Source: a bacterium
GTDB lineage: Bacteria; SZUA-182; DTGQ01; JAFGSM01
DNA: 28,471 nt
Direction of reading: 5' to 3'
Assembly: GCA_049472355.1 (NCBI GenBank)
Contig: JBLIRP010000049.1
Location: forward strand, 1-28,471
Numbering within the stretch: position 1 is the first letter of the stretch; each line of letters opens with the position of its first letter. The position numbers and the translations under genes were made by a program. This document shows positions 15,191-25,232 of the stretch, in pieces. The notes under the pieces are model-generated. The model saw nothing but the letters and a program-made list of their open reading frames with translations. It did not search any database and had not been told where the DNA came from.

Positions 15191-15811
15191 CTACAGAAAA
15201 GGAAAAGGAATGCCCTTTCCCTCCCGCAGTACCTTCACCTCTTCGCCTGAGAGATCCACCAGGGTGGTAGGCACAGTCCCGCATGGTCCACCGTCGATGA
15301 TGAGATCCACCTGCCTTTCCAGCCGCTCCCGTATCTCCTCCGGGTCCATCATGGGCGATTTGTCTCCCGGGATGATCAGGGTGGTGGTGAGCATCGGCTC
15401 GTGCAGCTCGTCAAGCAGGGCTTGAACGATGTGGTGATCGGGGATGCGTATCCCGATGGTCTTTCTTTTCGGATGCAGCAGCCTTCGGGGCACTTCCTTG
15501 GTGGCCCTGAGGATGAAGGTGTAGGGACCGGGCGTATTCGTCCTGAGGAGGCGGAAGACCGGGGTGTCGAACCGCGCATATACCCTGGCCTCCGAGAGAT
15601 TCCTGCAGATGAGGGTGAAATTGTGTTTTGCCGTAAGGTTGCGAATCTGGCAGATCCTCTCCTGGGCGGCCTTGTCTCCGATGTGGCATCCGAGGGCATA
15701 GGTCGAGTCGGTGGGATAGACCGCCACCCCGCCGTTGCGTATGATCTCCACCGCCTGGTCAATGAGCCTTATCTGCGGGGTGTCAGGATGGACCACCAGG
15801 AACTGACTCAT
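15191..15811 (-). CDS. yciO: Sua5/YciO/YrdC family protein (YciO-like)
   Basis: MSQFLVVHPDTPQIRLIDQAVEIIRNGGV.VYPTDSTYALGC, HNFTLIC, TPGPYTFILRATKEVPRRLLHPKRKTIGIRIPD and DLIIDGG. Confidence 0.9.
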   Translation of the reverse strand: MSQFLVVHPDTPQIRLIDQAVEIIRNGGVAVYPTDSTYALGCHIGDKAAQERICQIRNLTAKHNFTLICRNLSEARVYARFDTPVFRLLRTNTPGPYTFILRATKEVPRRLLHPKRKTIGIRIPDHHIVQALLDELHEPMLTTTLIIPGDKSPMMDPEEIRERLERQVDLIIDGGPCGTVPTTLVDLSGEEVKVLREGKGIPFPFL

Positions 15812-16010
15812 CTTCCACCCTCATCCTGTTCATTTGAACATCTCCCGTATTTTTTTATCATGATCCGGGGATGACTTCGCAAGCACGCCGGGCACCGTGA
15901 TGGCTTGTGGTGCGATCGTGCCCATGCAAGCAGTATCCCCTGGTTCCAGCCTCTTCAGCGAATGCAGTGGTGATCCTCCGCCTGTATGCCACAAGGGTGG
16001 ATGCGGATGC

Positions 16011-17018
16011 TCAGGTCTTCTCTTTGGCCCCTTGGGCAGTGCAGAGGGACCCCTCTGCAATGGCAATCCGGTTGCGCCCGCCGTTTTTTGCCTGATAGAG
16101 GCCGTGATCCGCATCGGCGATGACCTCTCTCCAGGAACCCTTGGCTGCGCAATCGGCGATGCCTCCGCTTATGGTAACAACCTTAAAAGGGGTTTTGCAA
16201 TGGGGAATGTCAAGAAGCTCTATCTCCTTGATGACCCGTTGGGCAAACGTAGCGGCCCCTTCCGGTAGGGTTTCCGGCAACAGGAGGAGGATTTCGTCAC
16301 CGCCGTAGCGGTAAAGGCGGTCGACCTTACGAGTGTTGACCTGAAGGAACTCGGATATTCGTTTGAGGAGACGATCCCCAGCAGGATGCCCATAGTGGTC
16401 GTTGTAGAGCTTGAAATTATCGATGTCGAAGAGCACCACGGAATAAGGGCGCCTGTATCGGAGGTTCAGGGCATGGGTAAGTTCCAGGTCCACCTCCATG
16501 GCACGGCGGTTTCCGATATGCAGGAGGGAGTCTTCAAGGGAGAGGGCCTTGAGTTTTTCATTTGCGTCCATGAGTTCCCGTATCCGCTGCTCGATGGATT
16601 CCTCAATGGAGGTCCGCTGTGTATCCAGGATATGGAAATAGGCCTTGACCAGATCGGACTGGGTGATGAGCCCTGCCAGCTCACCCTTTGAGTCCACCAC
16701 GATCAGGTGCCTGATCTTCTGCACCCGGGTGATGGAAAGGGCATTGAAAAGCGTTTCGGTATCGTTGATGGTTATGGGAGGCGACGACATGACGTTGTAT
16801 GCCTTCTTGGTGGGTTTTTTTGTCTTGTCGACCACATCCGTGAGAAAGCGCACCAGGTCCCTTTCGGTGATGATGCCAAGGGGGACGTTTCGCTCCTCGA
16901 TCACCACGCACGAACAGTTCTTCTCCCTCAGGACATGGAGGATCTCCTGTATGGAGGTGTCCGGAGCAACGCAGACGACCTGGGAGGTCATCAGGTTTTT
17001 TATGAGAATATCCTGCAC
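16011..17018 (-). CDS. Diguanylate cyclase with N-terminal CBS-domain pair
   Basis: CBS motifs LGIITERDLV and AGLITQSDLV; coiled-coil linker; FDIDNFKLYNDHYGHPAGD; I-site RKVD; active site RYGGDEI; ADHGLYQAKNGGRN. Confidence 0.92.
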   Translation of the reverse strand: MQDILIKNLMTSQVVCVAPDTSIQEILHVLREKNCSCVVIEERNVPLGIITERDLVRFLTDVVDKTKKPTKKAYNVMSSPPITINDTETLFNALSITRVQKIRHLIVVDSKGELAGLITQSDLVKAYFHILDTQRTSIEESIEQRIRELMDANEKLKALSLEDSLLHIGNRRAMEVDLELTHALNLRYRRPYSVVLFDIDNFKLYNDHYGHPAGDRLLKRISEFLQVNTRKVDRLYRYGGDEILLLLPETLPEGAATFAQRVIKEIELLDIPHCKTPFKVVTISGGIADCAAKGSWREVIADADHGLYQAKNGGRNRIAIAEGSLCTAQGAKEKT

Positions 17019-17125
17019 CTTCTTCTCTTCCTCGCGTTACATTGCAGTGTCGAGGTGCCCTTGATCATTGATAGGGCTCCACTTCTTGTTTCGGCCATTT
17101 CACGCAGAAGGGACGAGAGGGGGGA

Positions 17126-17593
17126 TCATCCGGGGATTATTCTTCTCCGGATCAGGCAGAAGAGGAGAAGCATCAGGACGGCGATCGCAGAGGGCCAGAG
17201 ATGGAAGAGCTGCTTCTTTTTATAGATGATAACGAGCGCATGGGTGGTGAGGATAAAGGAAACAAGGAGGATGGCATAGCTGAGGTATTTCATCGACAAG
17301 TCGGCGGTGGCGGTGTTGGCCTGCAGCATCAATGCGCGTTCGGCGCACCATATGAAATAGAGTGTGGTGATCCCCTGTGTCGACAAGGGGATGAGGAAGT
17401 GCCGCCTGCCCCATCCCTCCCTGTAAAAGTGGGCCAGGAAGATGCCGAATGCGAGCCAGGGCACCATCAGGGCGAGTCCGTAGCACAGGGCGATTCCCCA
17501 TGGGGAATGCGCGAGGGAGCCGGCCACGAGCATGACGAAAATGGTCGAGGCAAGAAAGGGAAGGGCGTGCCACGCCTCCTTCGCATACGTCAT
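17126..17593 (-). CDS. Hypothetical integral membrane protein (about 5 TM helices)
   Basis: Successive hydrophobic segments. The ATG at 17593 has an AGGAG RBS (ORF track start 17632). Confidence 0.7.
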   Translation of the reverse strand: MTYAKEAWHALPFLASTIFVMLVAGSLAHSPWGIALCYGLALMVPWLAFGIFLAHFYREGWGRRHFLIPLSTQGITTLYFIWCAERALMLQANTATADLSMKYLSYAILLVSFILTTHALVIIYKKKQLFHLWPSAIAVLMLLLFCLIRRRIIPG

Positions 17594-17690
17594 ATCGATC
17601 TCCTGTATTGGGCACTTTTCCGGGGCATGCATGAATCGATTGTGCCACTATACTCCATCCCCCGCGATAAATAAAGGTGGTGATGCCGGA

Positions 17691-18071
17691 TCATTCCTCG
17701 GCATAATATACACCGGGGATCCAGCTTTTGCGTATCCTCACCGTCTTTTCTTCTTCGGAAGCGCTCTCATCAACGAATTTGAAGGTGTTCCAGCCTATGC
17801 AAATCACATCACCGTTGCGCAGCCGGGTCCGGGTGATCTTGGCGCCGTTTACCTGGGTGCCGTTCGTGCTCCCGAGGTCCTTGAGGAAATAGAGCGTGCC
17901 TCGTTCCCGGTCGGGGTCCTTTGTCGCCTCGATTACCGCATGTTCGATGCTTACCACCTTGTCATCGATGAAGATCTCGCTATCCGCCTTGCGGCCGATG
18001 TGAATGAGGGGCTTGTTGATGGGGAACCTCTTTACCGCCACCTCGTCGTTCAAGAGAATGATGCTCGCCAT
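17691..18071 (-). CDS. FHA domain protein
   Basis: FHA motifs IGR, VSIEHA, LKDLGSTNGTQVNG and LRNGDVICIG. Start moved to the ATG at 18071 (AGGGGG RBS); the ORF-track extension to 18410 runs through non-coding repeats. Confidence 0.9.
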   Translation of the reverse strand: MASIILLNDEVAVKRFPINKPLIHIGRKADSEIFIDDKVVSIEHAVIEATKDPDRERGTLYFLKDLGSTNGTQVNGAKITRTRLRNGDVICIGWNTFKFVDESASEEEKTVRIRKSWIPGVYYAEE

Positions 18072-18379
18072 GGTAAATCCCCCTGTACAAGAGTTGGTGC
18101 CTATTACTTTGATCGGAATATGCCCCTTTTTTAATCTTGGTGTGGCGATCCCCTCTGTGCCCTGTACTGCAGGGAACCTTGTGAACAGGCCGGGCCCTAT
18201 CTCCCGAAGACCCTCCGGAGGAGCTGAGTGGTCCGCGCAGCGGGGTCTTCGCGAATGCGTTTTTCCTCCTGCCCGAGGATTGCGAAGAGCCCGTCCAGTG
18301 CCCGGTCGGTGACATATACGTTCAGGTCGACGGCCGGTTTGGTCACAAAGGGAAGGCTTCCCTCCCACGAGGGATTCTG

Positions 18380-18504
18380 AGCAAACCCTCATGCCGCTTC
18401 GCAGCGCCACGAGGCATGAAAATAGGCAATACGTTTATTTTCGCAGCAAACCCTCATGGCCCTTCGGGCCGCCACGAAGCATGAAAATCTATTTTCGCAG
18501 CAAA
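18380..18504 (+). repeat. Tandem copies of a ~60-bp REP-like unit AGCAAACCCTCAT-[hairpin]-GCCACGAAGCATGAAAAT...TATTTTCG
   Basis: Units at 18380-18443 and 18445-18497, plus a partial AGCAAA at 18499-18504. A third copy is inverted at 15068-15132. Confidence 0.85.
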
Positions 18505-18644
18505 GGGTATGCTTGTGTCGATAAAGGAAGTAACATCACCATTCATGACGGAGCACAGGGCAACGCTTGTTACTTCATAACAGCGGTTTTTTCGGATGAG
18601 CGGTAAACCTCAGTCGGGATCGAACATTCAAAAAGATATCCGGT

Positions 18645-21600
18645 ATGGGCAACGGGGGTAAAAGGAAGGGTTCCGATCGCAGTGAATTGACTGCATTGTG
18701 CCGACGGGTGGCTGCACGCCAGGGTAAGGGAGAGGCATGTGGACGGCCATTGAAGGAGTGTGAGGAGCCCCCCGGGATTGTCAATGCAGGAATCCCCGTG
18801 TCAGGCATCGAGGATGTCACTGCACGACGACAGGCCGAGGAGCGACCGAGGGTGAGCGAGAAAACGTACCGCAGCCTGGTGGAGAACTCCAACGACGGCA
18901 TCTGTATCCTTCAGGACGGTGTGGTCAAATTCGCCAATGCGCATCTTTCTTGCCTTCTCGGTTATGCAACGGAAGAGGGCATTGGCAGTTCCTTTCACCG
19001 GTATGTGTCCCCTAAAGAATTGCCCAAGGTCCGGGAGAGATATGCCTCCCTGGTGAAAGGGGAGAAGGATGATGATCGTTTCGAGACCGTGCTGGTGAGC
19101 AGGGATGGCCAACGCATTGAAACCGAGCTCAATATAAGCGTCACCGACTACGAGGGCCGCAGGTCGGTCCTTGTTTTCATACGGGATATCACCGAGCGGC
19201 ATAGGGCGGAGGAGACCCTGCGGCAGTCTGAGCGGAAATACCGGGAACTGGTTGAAAATATAAACGATGTCATCTACCGTGTGGATGAAAGCGGCACCAT
19301 AGCCTACGTGAGTCCGGCCGTCGAAACCATGTTGGGATACACCCCCGCAGAGGTCGTCAACCACTCCTTCGCCAGGTTTATCTACCGGGAGGATCTGCCG
19401 CGGTGCATGAAAAATTTTCAGCTTACCCTCGAGGACAATGTCACCTCGGGAGAATACCGGGTGGTCACGAGGTCCGGATCGATCCGGTGGATCAGGACAT
19501 CCACCAGGCCGGTCATGCAGGGTGACCGTGTCATTGCCGTAGAGGGGGTGTTGACCGACATCACCGAGAGGCGGGAGGCGGAGGAACTGCTCAGGGAAAG
19601 CGAGGAACGGTATCGTACATTCCTTCAGAACTTCCAGGGGATCGCCTTTCGCCAGCACTTCGATTTCACCCCGGTTTTTTTCCATGGAAACTGCGAAGGG
19701 ATCACCGGATACCGGGAGGAGGATCTTGCGGGCGGGAAGATCCGGTGGAATGATATCGTATACCCCGAAGACCTTGCCATGTTCTATGAAACCGGCATCA
19801 GGCTGCATGGAACCCCTGATCAGGCCATCGAGCGACAGTACAGGATTATACGCAAGGACGGGCGGGTTGTATGGGTGCATGAATTCATTCGGAATATCTG
19901 CAACCACAAGGGCAGGCCAGTCATGCTCCAGGGCTCCGTCTATGACATCACCGATCACAAACTGGCTGATCAGGCATTGCAACAGTCCCAAAACGAGCTG
20001 AGCATCCGAAACAGGATCGCCAACATCTTTCTCACCCTCTCCGATGAGGCGATCTATTCGGAAGTGCTCAAGGTGGTGCTCGATGCAGTGGAAAGCCCTC
20101 TGGGATATTTCGGATATATCGATGAAGGTGGGAACCTTGTGTGTCCCATGCTGTCCAGGCACATCCGGGAGCACTGTCGCATGCCCGGGAAGGACATCCG
20201 GTTTCACAGTGAATCCTGGCGCGGATTGTGGGGCAAATCACTTGCAGAAAAGGGTTCCTTCATCATGAACACGCCTCTTACTGTCCCCGAGGGGCATCTC
20301 CCCATCAACCGGACCCTCATCGTCCCGGTTATTCACAAGGGGGAGGTGATCGGACAAATCACCGTTGCCAACAGGGACCAGGATTACTCCGATGCGGACC
20401 TGGGGCTCCTGGAAGCCATTGCCCACAGTATCGCCCCCTTACTCCATGCCCGGTTGCAGGTTGAAAGGCAGGAAGAGAGGCGCAGCCGGGCGGAAACGGA
20501 ACTCTTCCTGACCAAGTCCCACCTGGAGTATCTTCTCCGATCGGTGCCTGCGGTCATATACAGCCGCAAGGTGAATGAGGGCTGGCCCCCCACCTTTGTG
20601 AGCGAGAATATCCTCGTACAGATCGGATACACCCGGGAGGATTTCCTGGCGGATCCTGAATTCTGGATCAATCACGTCCACCCGGAAGATGCAGGGGGGG
20701 TCCTCGCGGGTCTTGAACGGATCATCGAGGAGGGTGTGCTGATTCACGAGTATCGGTTCCTTCACCATGACGGCGCATATCACTGGCTGCGGGATGATTG
20801 CAGGCTGGTGCGCGATGCAGCGGGGGCACCGCTTGAAATCGTCGGCTCCCTGATCGATATCACCGAGCACAGGCGGCTTGAGGAACAGTTTTACCATGCC
20901 CAGAAGATGGAGGCGATCGGGATTCTGGCAGGGGGAATTGCCCATGATTTCAATAATCTTCTGCAGGCCATCATGGGATACAGCGATTCCATCCTTCTGG
21001 ATGGGGATGATCCCCAGCAGCACATCCGGGATATCGAGCAGATAAAGAAGGCGACCGCAAAGGCTGCCTCCCTCACCAGGCAACTCCTTGCCTTCAGCAG
21101 GAAGCAATCCCTTGATCCCGGATTGCTCGATATCAATGCGCTGATCAAGGACATGGGTGTTATGCTCGGGCGGATCATAGGAGAGGACATCGAGCTTACG
21201 GAGACGCTTCAGCCTGATTTGAGGGGGGTGAAGGGGGACCAGGGGCAGATGGAGCAGGTCGTCATGAATCTCGTGGTGAATGCACGAGAGGCCATGCCCA
21301 AGGGGGGAATGCTTATCCTGGGCACGGAGAATGTCACGGTGAGGAAAGAGGACTGCAAGGGCATCCCCCATGCGGAACCAGGAGAGTACGTATCCCTTTC
21401 GGTTGAGGATACAGGGACAGGGATCGACAGGCGAATTATGGATCGTATCTTCGAGCCGTTTTTCAGTACCAAGCATCAGGTGGAGGGTACCGGCCTGGGG
21501 CTTTCCACGGTTTATGGGATCGTCAAACAGCACGGCGGCTGGATAACCGTGGAGAGCACCCCTGGGAAGGGGAGCGTGTTCAGGATCTACCTCCCCTGTT

Positions 21601-22034
21601 CCGATTTGGGGGCGGGCGATTCATGGCCGGAGAAAGCCTCGGTTGTCGATTTGAAGGGAAACGGAGAAAGGATCCTTATTGTTGAGGATGAGGCCTCGGT
21701 GCGGGAGCTGGCCAAACGGGCGCTTTCCAATGCGGGGTATGTGGTTTTTGATGCGTCTTGTGTGCAGGACGCCCTGGGTATATTCGAGGGAGAAGGAGGG
21801 AGGTTCGATCTTGTGCTGAGCGACGTGGTCCTCCCTGATCAGAGCGGACTCTTCTTGACCCGTCGCCTGAAAACCGATGCCGCTTCCGTGAAGATCATCC
21901 TGAGCAGTGGCTATACGGATGAGAAATCACAAAGCAAGATTATTCAGGGGGAGGGGGTCGATTTTCTCCAGAAACCCTACACCCTGCGCGAACTCCTCAC
22001 CTGCGTGAAACGTTCTATTCAGTCGTCCTCTTGA
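18645..22034 (+). CDS. Hybrid sensor histidine kinase/response regulator (PAS-PAS-PAS-GAF-PAS-HisKA-HATPase-REC), soluble
   Basis: Repeated DITER PAC ends; H-box GGIAHDFNNLL; N-box QVVMNLVVNAREAM; G boxes DTGTGI and GTGLGLS; REC motifs IVEDE, LSDVVLPD and FLQKPY. No TM segment seen. Confidence 0.95.
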   Translation: MGNGGKRKGSDRSELTALCRRVAARQGKGEACGRPLKECEEPPGIVNAGIPVSGIEDVTARRQAEERPRVSEKTYRSLVENSNDGICILQDGVVKFANAHLSCLLGYATEEGIGSSFHRYVSPKELPKVRERYASLVKGEKDDDRFETVLVSRDGQRIETELNISVTDYEGRRSVLVFIRDITERHRAEETLRQSERKYRELVENINDVIYRVDESGTIAYVSPAVETMLGYTPAEVVNHSFARFIYREDLPRCMKNFQLTLEDNVTSGEYRVVTRSGSIRWIRTSTRPVMQGDRVIAVEGVLTDITERREAEELLRESEERYRTFLQNFQGIAFRQHFDFTPVFFHGNCEGITGYREEDLAGGKIRWNDIVYPEDLAMFYETGIRLHGTPDQAIERQYRIIRKDGRVVWVHEFIRNICNHKGRPVMLQGSVYDITDHKLADQALQQSQNELSIRNRIANIFLTLSDEAIYSEVLKVVLDAVESPLGYFGYIDEGGNLVCPMLSRHIREHCRMPGKDIRFHSESWRGLWGKSLAEKGSFIMNTPLTVPEGHLPINRTLIVPVIHKGEVIGQITVANRDQDYSDADLGLLEAIAHSIAPLLHARLQVERQEERRSRAETELFLTKSHLEYLLRSVPAVIYSRKVNEGWPPTFVSENILVQIGYTREDFLADPEFWINHVHPEDAGGVLAGLERIIEEGVLIHEYRFLHHDGAYHWLRDDCRLVRDAAGAPLEIVGSLIDITEHRRLEEQFYHAQKMEAIGILAGGIAHDFNNLLQAIMGYSDSILLDGDDPQQHIRDIEQIKKATAKAASLTRQLLAFSRKQSLDPGLLDINALIKDMGVMLGRIIGEDIELTETLQPDLRGVKGDQGQMEQVVMNLVVNAREAMPKGGMLILGTENVTVRKEDCKGIPHAEPGEYVSLSVEDTGTGIDRRIMDRIFEPFFSTKHQVEGTGLGLSTVYGIVKQHGGWITVESTPGKGSVFRIYLPCSDLGAGDSWPEKASVVDLKGNGERILIVEDEASVRELAKRALSNAGYVVFDASCVQDALGIFEGEGGRFDLVLSDVVLPDQSGLFLTRRLKTDAASVKIILSSGYTDEKSQSKIIQGEGVDFLQKPYTLRELLTCVKRSIQSSS

Positions 22035-23835
22035 GGCGATATCCCCCGTAGTACAATACCTCTTCACCACTTTCATCGCGGAGGGCGCGAATCGTTTCCC
22101 CCATGTAGCGGCCCAGCCCATGAATGACCGCCTCATCCTCCGAGATGGGATCGAGCGCCATGGTCATCTTGGTGTCCGGCATATGGTAGATGTAGTACTC
22201 GATCATGAGGAGGCCGTCCCTTTCGAGAAGGCGCGGCTCCTTGAACAATTCCGCATCATCCCCCGGATTGGTGATATGATAAGGTCCCAGGCGGTTCAGC
22301 CAGGCAGGGGGGATGCTCACGGGCTGAATCTTCGGGCCGAGCAGATGCCTCTTGTTGTTGCGAACCAGCGCCAGGAGTTGCTGCCCGTCGATACGCTCGA
22401 ACGTAAAGGTGATGCCTGCAAGCTGCTTAACCGTAAAAGGAAAGAGGCCGAATAACCGATACTTCAGGGAGTACACCCCGTCGGTCATGGGAACGAGATC
22501 ATACACCTTGTCCCAGAGGCCGACCCGCATCCGTTTTCCGCATGTGTCGACCGTCAGCACGCCCAGGACCGTGGCATAGCTCCCTGTCAACTCCTGCTGC
22601 TCTTCATCGGTCAGGGACACGATGCCCGGTTCGTTGTTTTTCTCCGGTGCCGGTTTTTTGATACCGGTCTTCGTCTCCAGGGCGAGCATCAGCCCGGTGC
22701 GGGCGATTCCGTCCACCGCCTTTCTCACGGGCGCCATGATGCTGTTGGCGATCACCACGATGCCCAGCTTGTGATCGAGCAGGGTAATCATTTTGCTGTA
22801 TGTGCCCAGGGTGGCCCCGCCATGTCCGGCCACGCGGCCGGCATAGGCGAGCCCCTCATCGTCCAGCCACCAGCCGAGACCGATCCGGAAATCCATATCC
22901 AGGGGTATCGTGCTGTTCTGGCACCGGAGGATTTCCTGGAGCGTTTCCCGGTCAAGGATTGTTTCCCTTTCTGCCCTGCCTTCGGCAAAGATCATGCTCA
23001 CGAATCGGGCGAGGTCATCGACCGTGGTGTACAATCCTCCGGCAGGAACCTCGCGCAGCCTATAGGGATTCAGCTCTCGATCCCCCTCGTACTCCTTTGC
23101 CAGAAAGGGCTCCAGCACCGGGGAGAGTGAAAACGCGGAATGCGCCATATCGAGCGGATACAATATGGATTCCTCGATATAGGACTCGTAGGGTGTTCCA
23201 CTTACCCGCTCTATGGTCAGGCCAAGAAGCGAGAACCCGACGTTCGAATATGAGAACACGTAGTCGGGAGGGTGGGCAGTGTATTCATCCCTCAGCCTTT
23301 CGATCACCACCTCGTAGGGTCCCGGATGTTCGGTCCACATTCCCTTCATGATATCGGAGGGGAGTCCCGAGTGATGGGTCATGAGGTTGCGGAGGGTTAT
23401 GGGTGCCCCGCTCTGAAAACGTGTCTTTACATGAAATTCGGAAAGAGAGCTGTCCAGGGGTTGATCGATGTCAAGCCTCCCCTGCTCGGCGAGATGCATG
23501 ATGCCGGTGACGGTGAACACCTTGGTGATTGAGCCGACCTGATAGATGGTCTCATTCGTTGCCGCGATCTTACCGGAGACGTCGGCAAGGCCGAAGCCCC
23601 TGGACCATACCTCTTCCTGGTCGTCCACGATGGCGATGCTGAGCGCCTTTATATTGTGTTTCTTCATTTCCCTCTCGATCTTCCAGGTGAGATATTCTTG
23701 CGTGTACGAATAATCATCGGTCAGGACAGGGGGCCTTGGGGGCCCCGATGAACAGCCTGAGAACACAAAGGTGATGCAGACGAGCAGACAGAGGAACTGC
23801 AGGGAAATAGCGTGATCGCTCTTCGGTGTGCTCAT
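22015..23835 (-). CDS. Serine hydrolase, beta-lactamase class C/PBP-like family, probable lipoprotein
   Basis: Lipobox FSGC; SxxK in GSITK; LMTHHSGL; YSN; GHGG. Confidence 0.9.
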   Translation of the reverse strand: MSTPKSDHAISLQFLCLLVCITFVFSGCSSGPPRPPVLTDDYSYTQEYLTWKIEREMKKHNIKALSIAIVDDQEEVWSRGFGLADVSGKIAATNETIYQVGSITKVFTVTGIMHLAEQGRLDIDQPLDSSLSEFHVKTRFQSGAPITLRNLMTHHSGLPSDIMKGMWTEHPGPYEVVIERLRDEYTAHPPDYVFSYSNVGFSLLGLTIERVSGTPYESYIEESILYPLDMAHSAFSLSPVLEPFLAKEYEGDRELNPYRLREVPAGGLYTTVDDLARFVSMIFAEGRAERETILDRETLQEILRCQNSTIPLDMDFRIGLGWWLDDEGLAYAGRVAGHGGATLGTYSKMITLLDHKLGIVVIANSIMAPVRKAVDGIARTGLMLALETKTGIKKPAPEKNNEPGIVSLTDEEQQELTGSYATVLGVLTVDTCGKRMRVGLWDKVYDLVPMTDGVYSLKYRLFGLFPFTVKQLAGITFTFERIDGQQLLALVRNNKRHLLGPKIQPVSIPPAWLNRLGPYHITNPGDDAELFKEPRLLERDGLLMIEYYIYHMPDTKMTMALDPISEDEAVIHGLGRYMGETIRALRDESGEEVLYYGGYRLKRTTE

Positions 23836-24809
23836 GACATTCCCTCGATTGTTTGTATCTCGCAGAGGACACCCCGATGGTCGGATATCGGGTCTTCAAG
23901 GACTCTATAGACAGTGAATTCAAGGTCCGAAGAGATCAGTACCCAGTCGAGCCTCTTTCCCAGCAAGGGAAAGGTCTCCATGCCTGCCGCCTGGCCGGTC
24001 TGGTATCCCTTGAGGCTGCATTGTTCGGCAAGCATGTGCAGGGCCGAGTCCCTGGCTTGCCACTCACAGTTGAAATCACCCATGACGATTGAAACCCTGT
24101 TGCGGGAGGAGAGGAGATCGATGATGTCTTCCATCTGTCGTTGACGGACGGAATTACGCGAAAAATCGAGGTGAAGGGAGATCACATCGATCTCTATTGC
24201 GGGATCTCCCGGCCACGTCACGGTGGCCACGACGAATCCCTTGGAAAGTGTGGGAGGAGAAGGGGAAAAGGTGATCGAAACGGGCTCCCTGAGCGGTATC
24301 CTGGATAGCAGCGCGGTGCCGTAGGAGAGCTTCATCCCCTTTACATGCTCTCCCCTCAAGGAATAAGGAAAACCACCTTTATGGGCGAGATATTCCACCT
24401 GGTCCCTCATTCCGCTCCAGATCGACGGCCCGTCTACCTCCTGAAGGGCGACGATATCGGGGGCTTCACGCCTGAGCACCGTTACGATATCATCCAGATT
24501 GACCTCGACCTCGCTGCCTTTCTGAAATACCCGGTAGGCATCGTTTCCCCTTCCATGGGCCATGTTCAACGTCATCAGCCTCAGGGAAGGGAGGCGAACA
24601 TGATGCCTTGCCTCAGATAAGGGGATAGGCGCCTCGTGCTCGAACACCGCAGGCTGCATCACCCTGCTTCCGCTCATCATCGGAGGCAGGGCAAAGGCGG
24701 AGGTGACCGCGAGAATGCCCAGCGAAAAACAGAGAATACGTTGTCTCCTTTGCATGATCACAGGTGATTGAAGGTGTGTATGCGGTAAATTCTTGGTGAC
24801 TGGCTGCAT
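23832..24809 (-). CDS. Endonuclease/exonuclease/phosphatase (EEP) family protein, exported or membrane-anchored
   Basis: Motifs LMTLNMAHG, DIVALQEVD, GDFN, LDWVL and SDHRGV. Start may be the ATG at 24755. ATGA overlap with the serine hydrolase. Confidence 0.9.
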   Translation of the reverse strand: MQPVTKNLPHTHLQSPVIMQRRQRILCFSLGILAVTSAFALPPMMSGSRVMQPAVFEHEAPIPLSEARHHVRLPSLRLMTLNMAHGRGNDAYRVFQKGSEVEVNLDDIVTVLRREAPDIVALQEVDGPSIWSGMRDQVEYLAHKGGFPYSLRGEHVKGMKLSYGTALLSRIPLREPVSITFSPSPPTLSKGFVVATVTWPGDPAIEIDVISLHLDFSRNSVRQRQMEDIIDLLSSRNRVSIVMGDFNCEWQARDSALHMLAEQCSLKGYQTGQAAGMETFPLLGKRLDWVLISSDLEFTVYRVLEDPISDHRGVLCEIQTIEGMS

Positions 24810-24896
24810 GCTGACAGGAGCCGGATCTTCCTGAAAATGATAATCCAGATCGGCTGTTTTGTCAATACTGATCCTTGCCGACGAGCGGCCGTATGG

Positions 24897-25232
24897 TCAA
24901 TAGGGCATCTTCTCAGCGGGCCTTCGCTCGGGCACGTACCGGTGAGGGATCCTTCCCTCGTTCCATTCCTTGGATACATAGAGATTGCAGTAGCAGCTCC
25001 CGTACTCCTCCACATCCGGGGCACGGTATACGCAGGGACAGATGATATCCTTGTCCTTGTCGCGGTCTCCGGACGCGAGCCTGCACGGGCAGCACATGTA
25101 CCCGTAGCGTTTCTTGTTCACCAGCAACCCCTCCAGGAGATCGAAGGTCCTCTGCCTATCCTTGTTGAAAAGATACCCCTTGGGCTCCTGGACCCGTTTC
25201 AGCATCTCATGGAGTTTTTCAACCTCGCTCAT
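24897..25232 (-). CDS. Ferredoxin:thioredoxin reductase catalytic-subunit-like protein (4Fe-4S)
   Basis: RYGYMCCPCRL...DIICPCVYR...YGSCYCNLY. True start is the ATG at 25232, overlapping the glutaredoxin TGA; the ORF-track extension to 25406 is out-of-frame glutaredoxin sequence. Confidence 0.92.
   Translation of the reverse strand: MSEVEKLHEMLKRVQEPKGYLFNKDRQRTFDLLEGLLVNKKRYGYMCCPCRLASGDRDKDKDIICPCVYRAPDVEEYGSCYCNLYVSKEWNEGRIPHRYVPERRPAEKMPY

Noticed and set aside
18380..18504. CRISPR mini-array reading of the tandem repeats
   Set aside because: Only two full units, the variable parts are short self-complementary hairpins rather than 30-40 nt spacers, and there are no cas genes in the window.
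18072..18644. Riboswitch or ncRNA in the FHA/kinase intergenic region
   Set aside because: There is a CGAAGACCC...GGGTCTTCG stem at about 18204-18250, but I recognised no riboswitch consensus. An Rfam scan would settle it.
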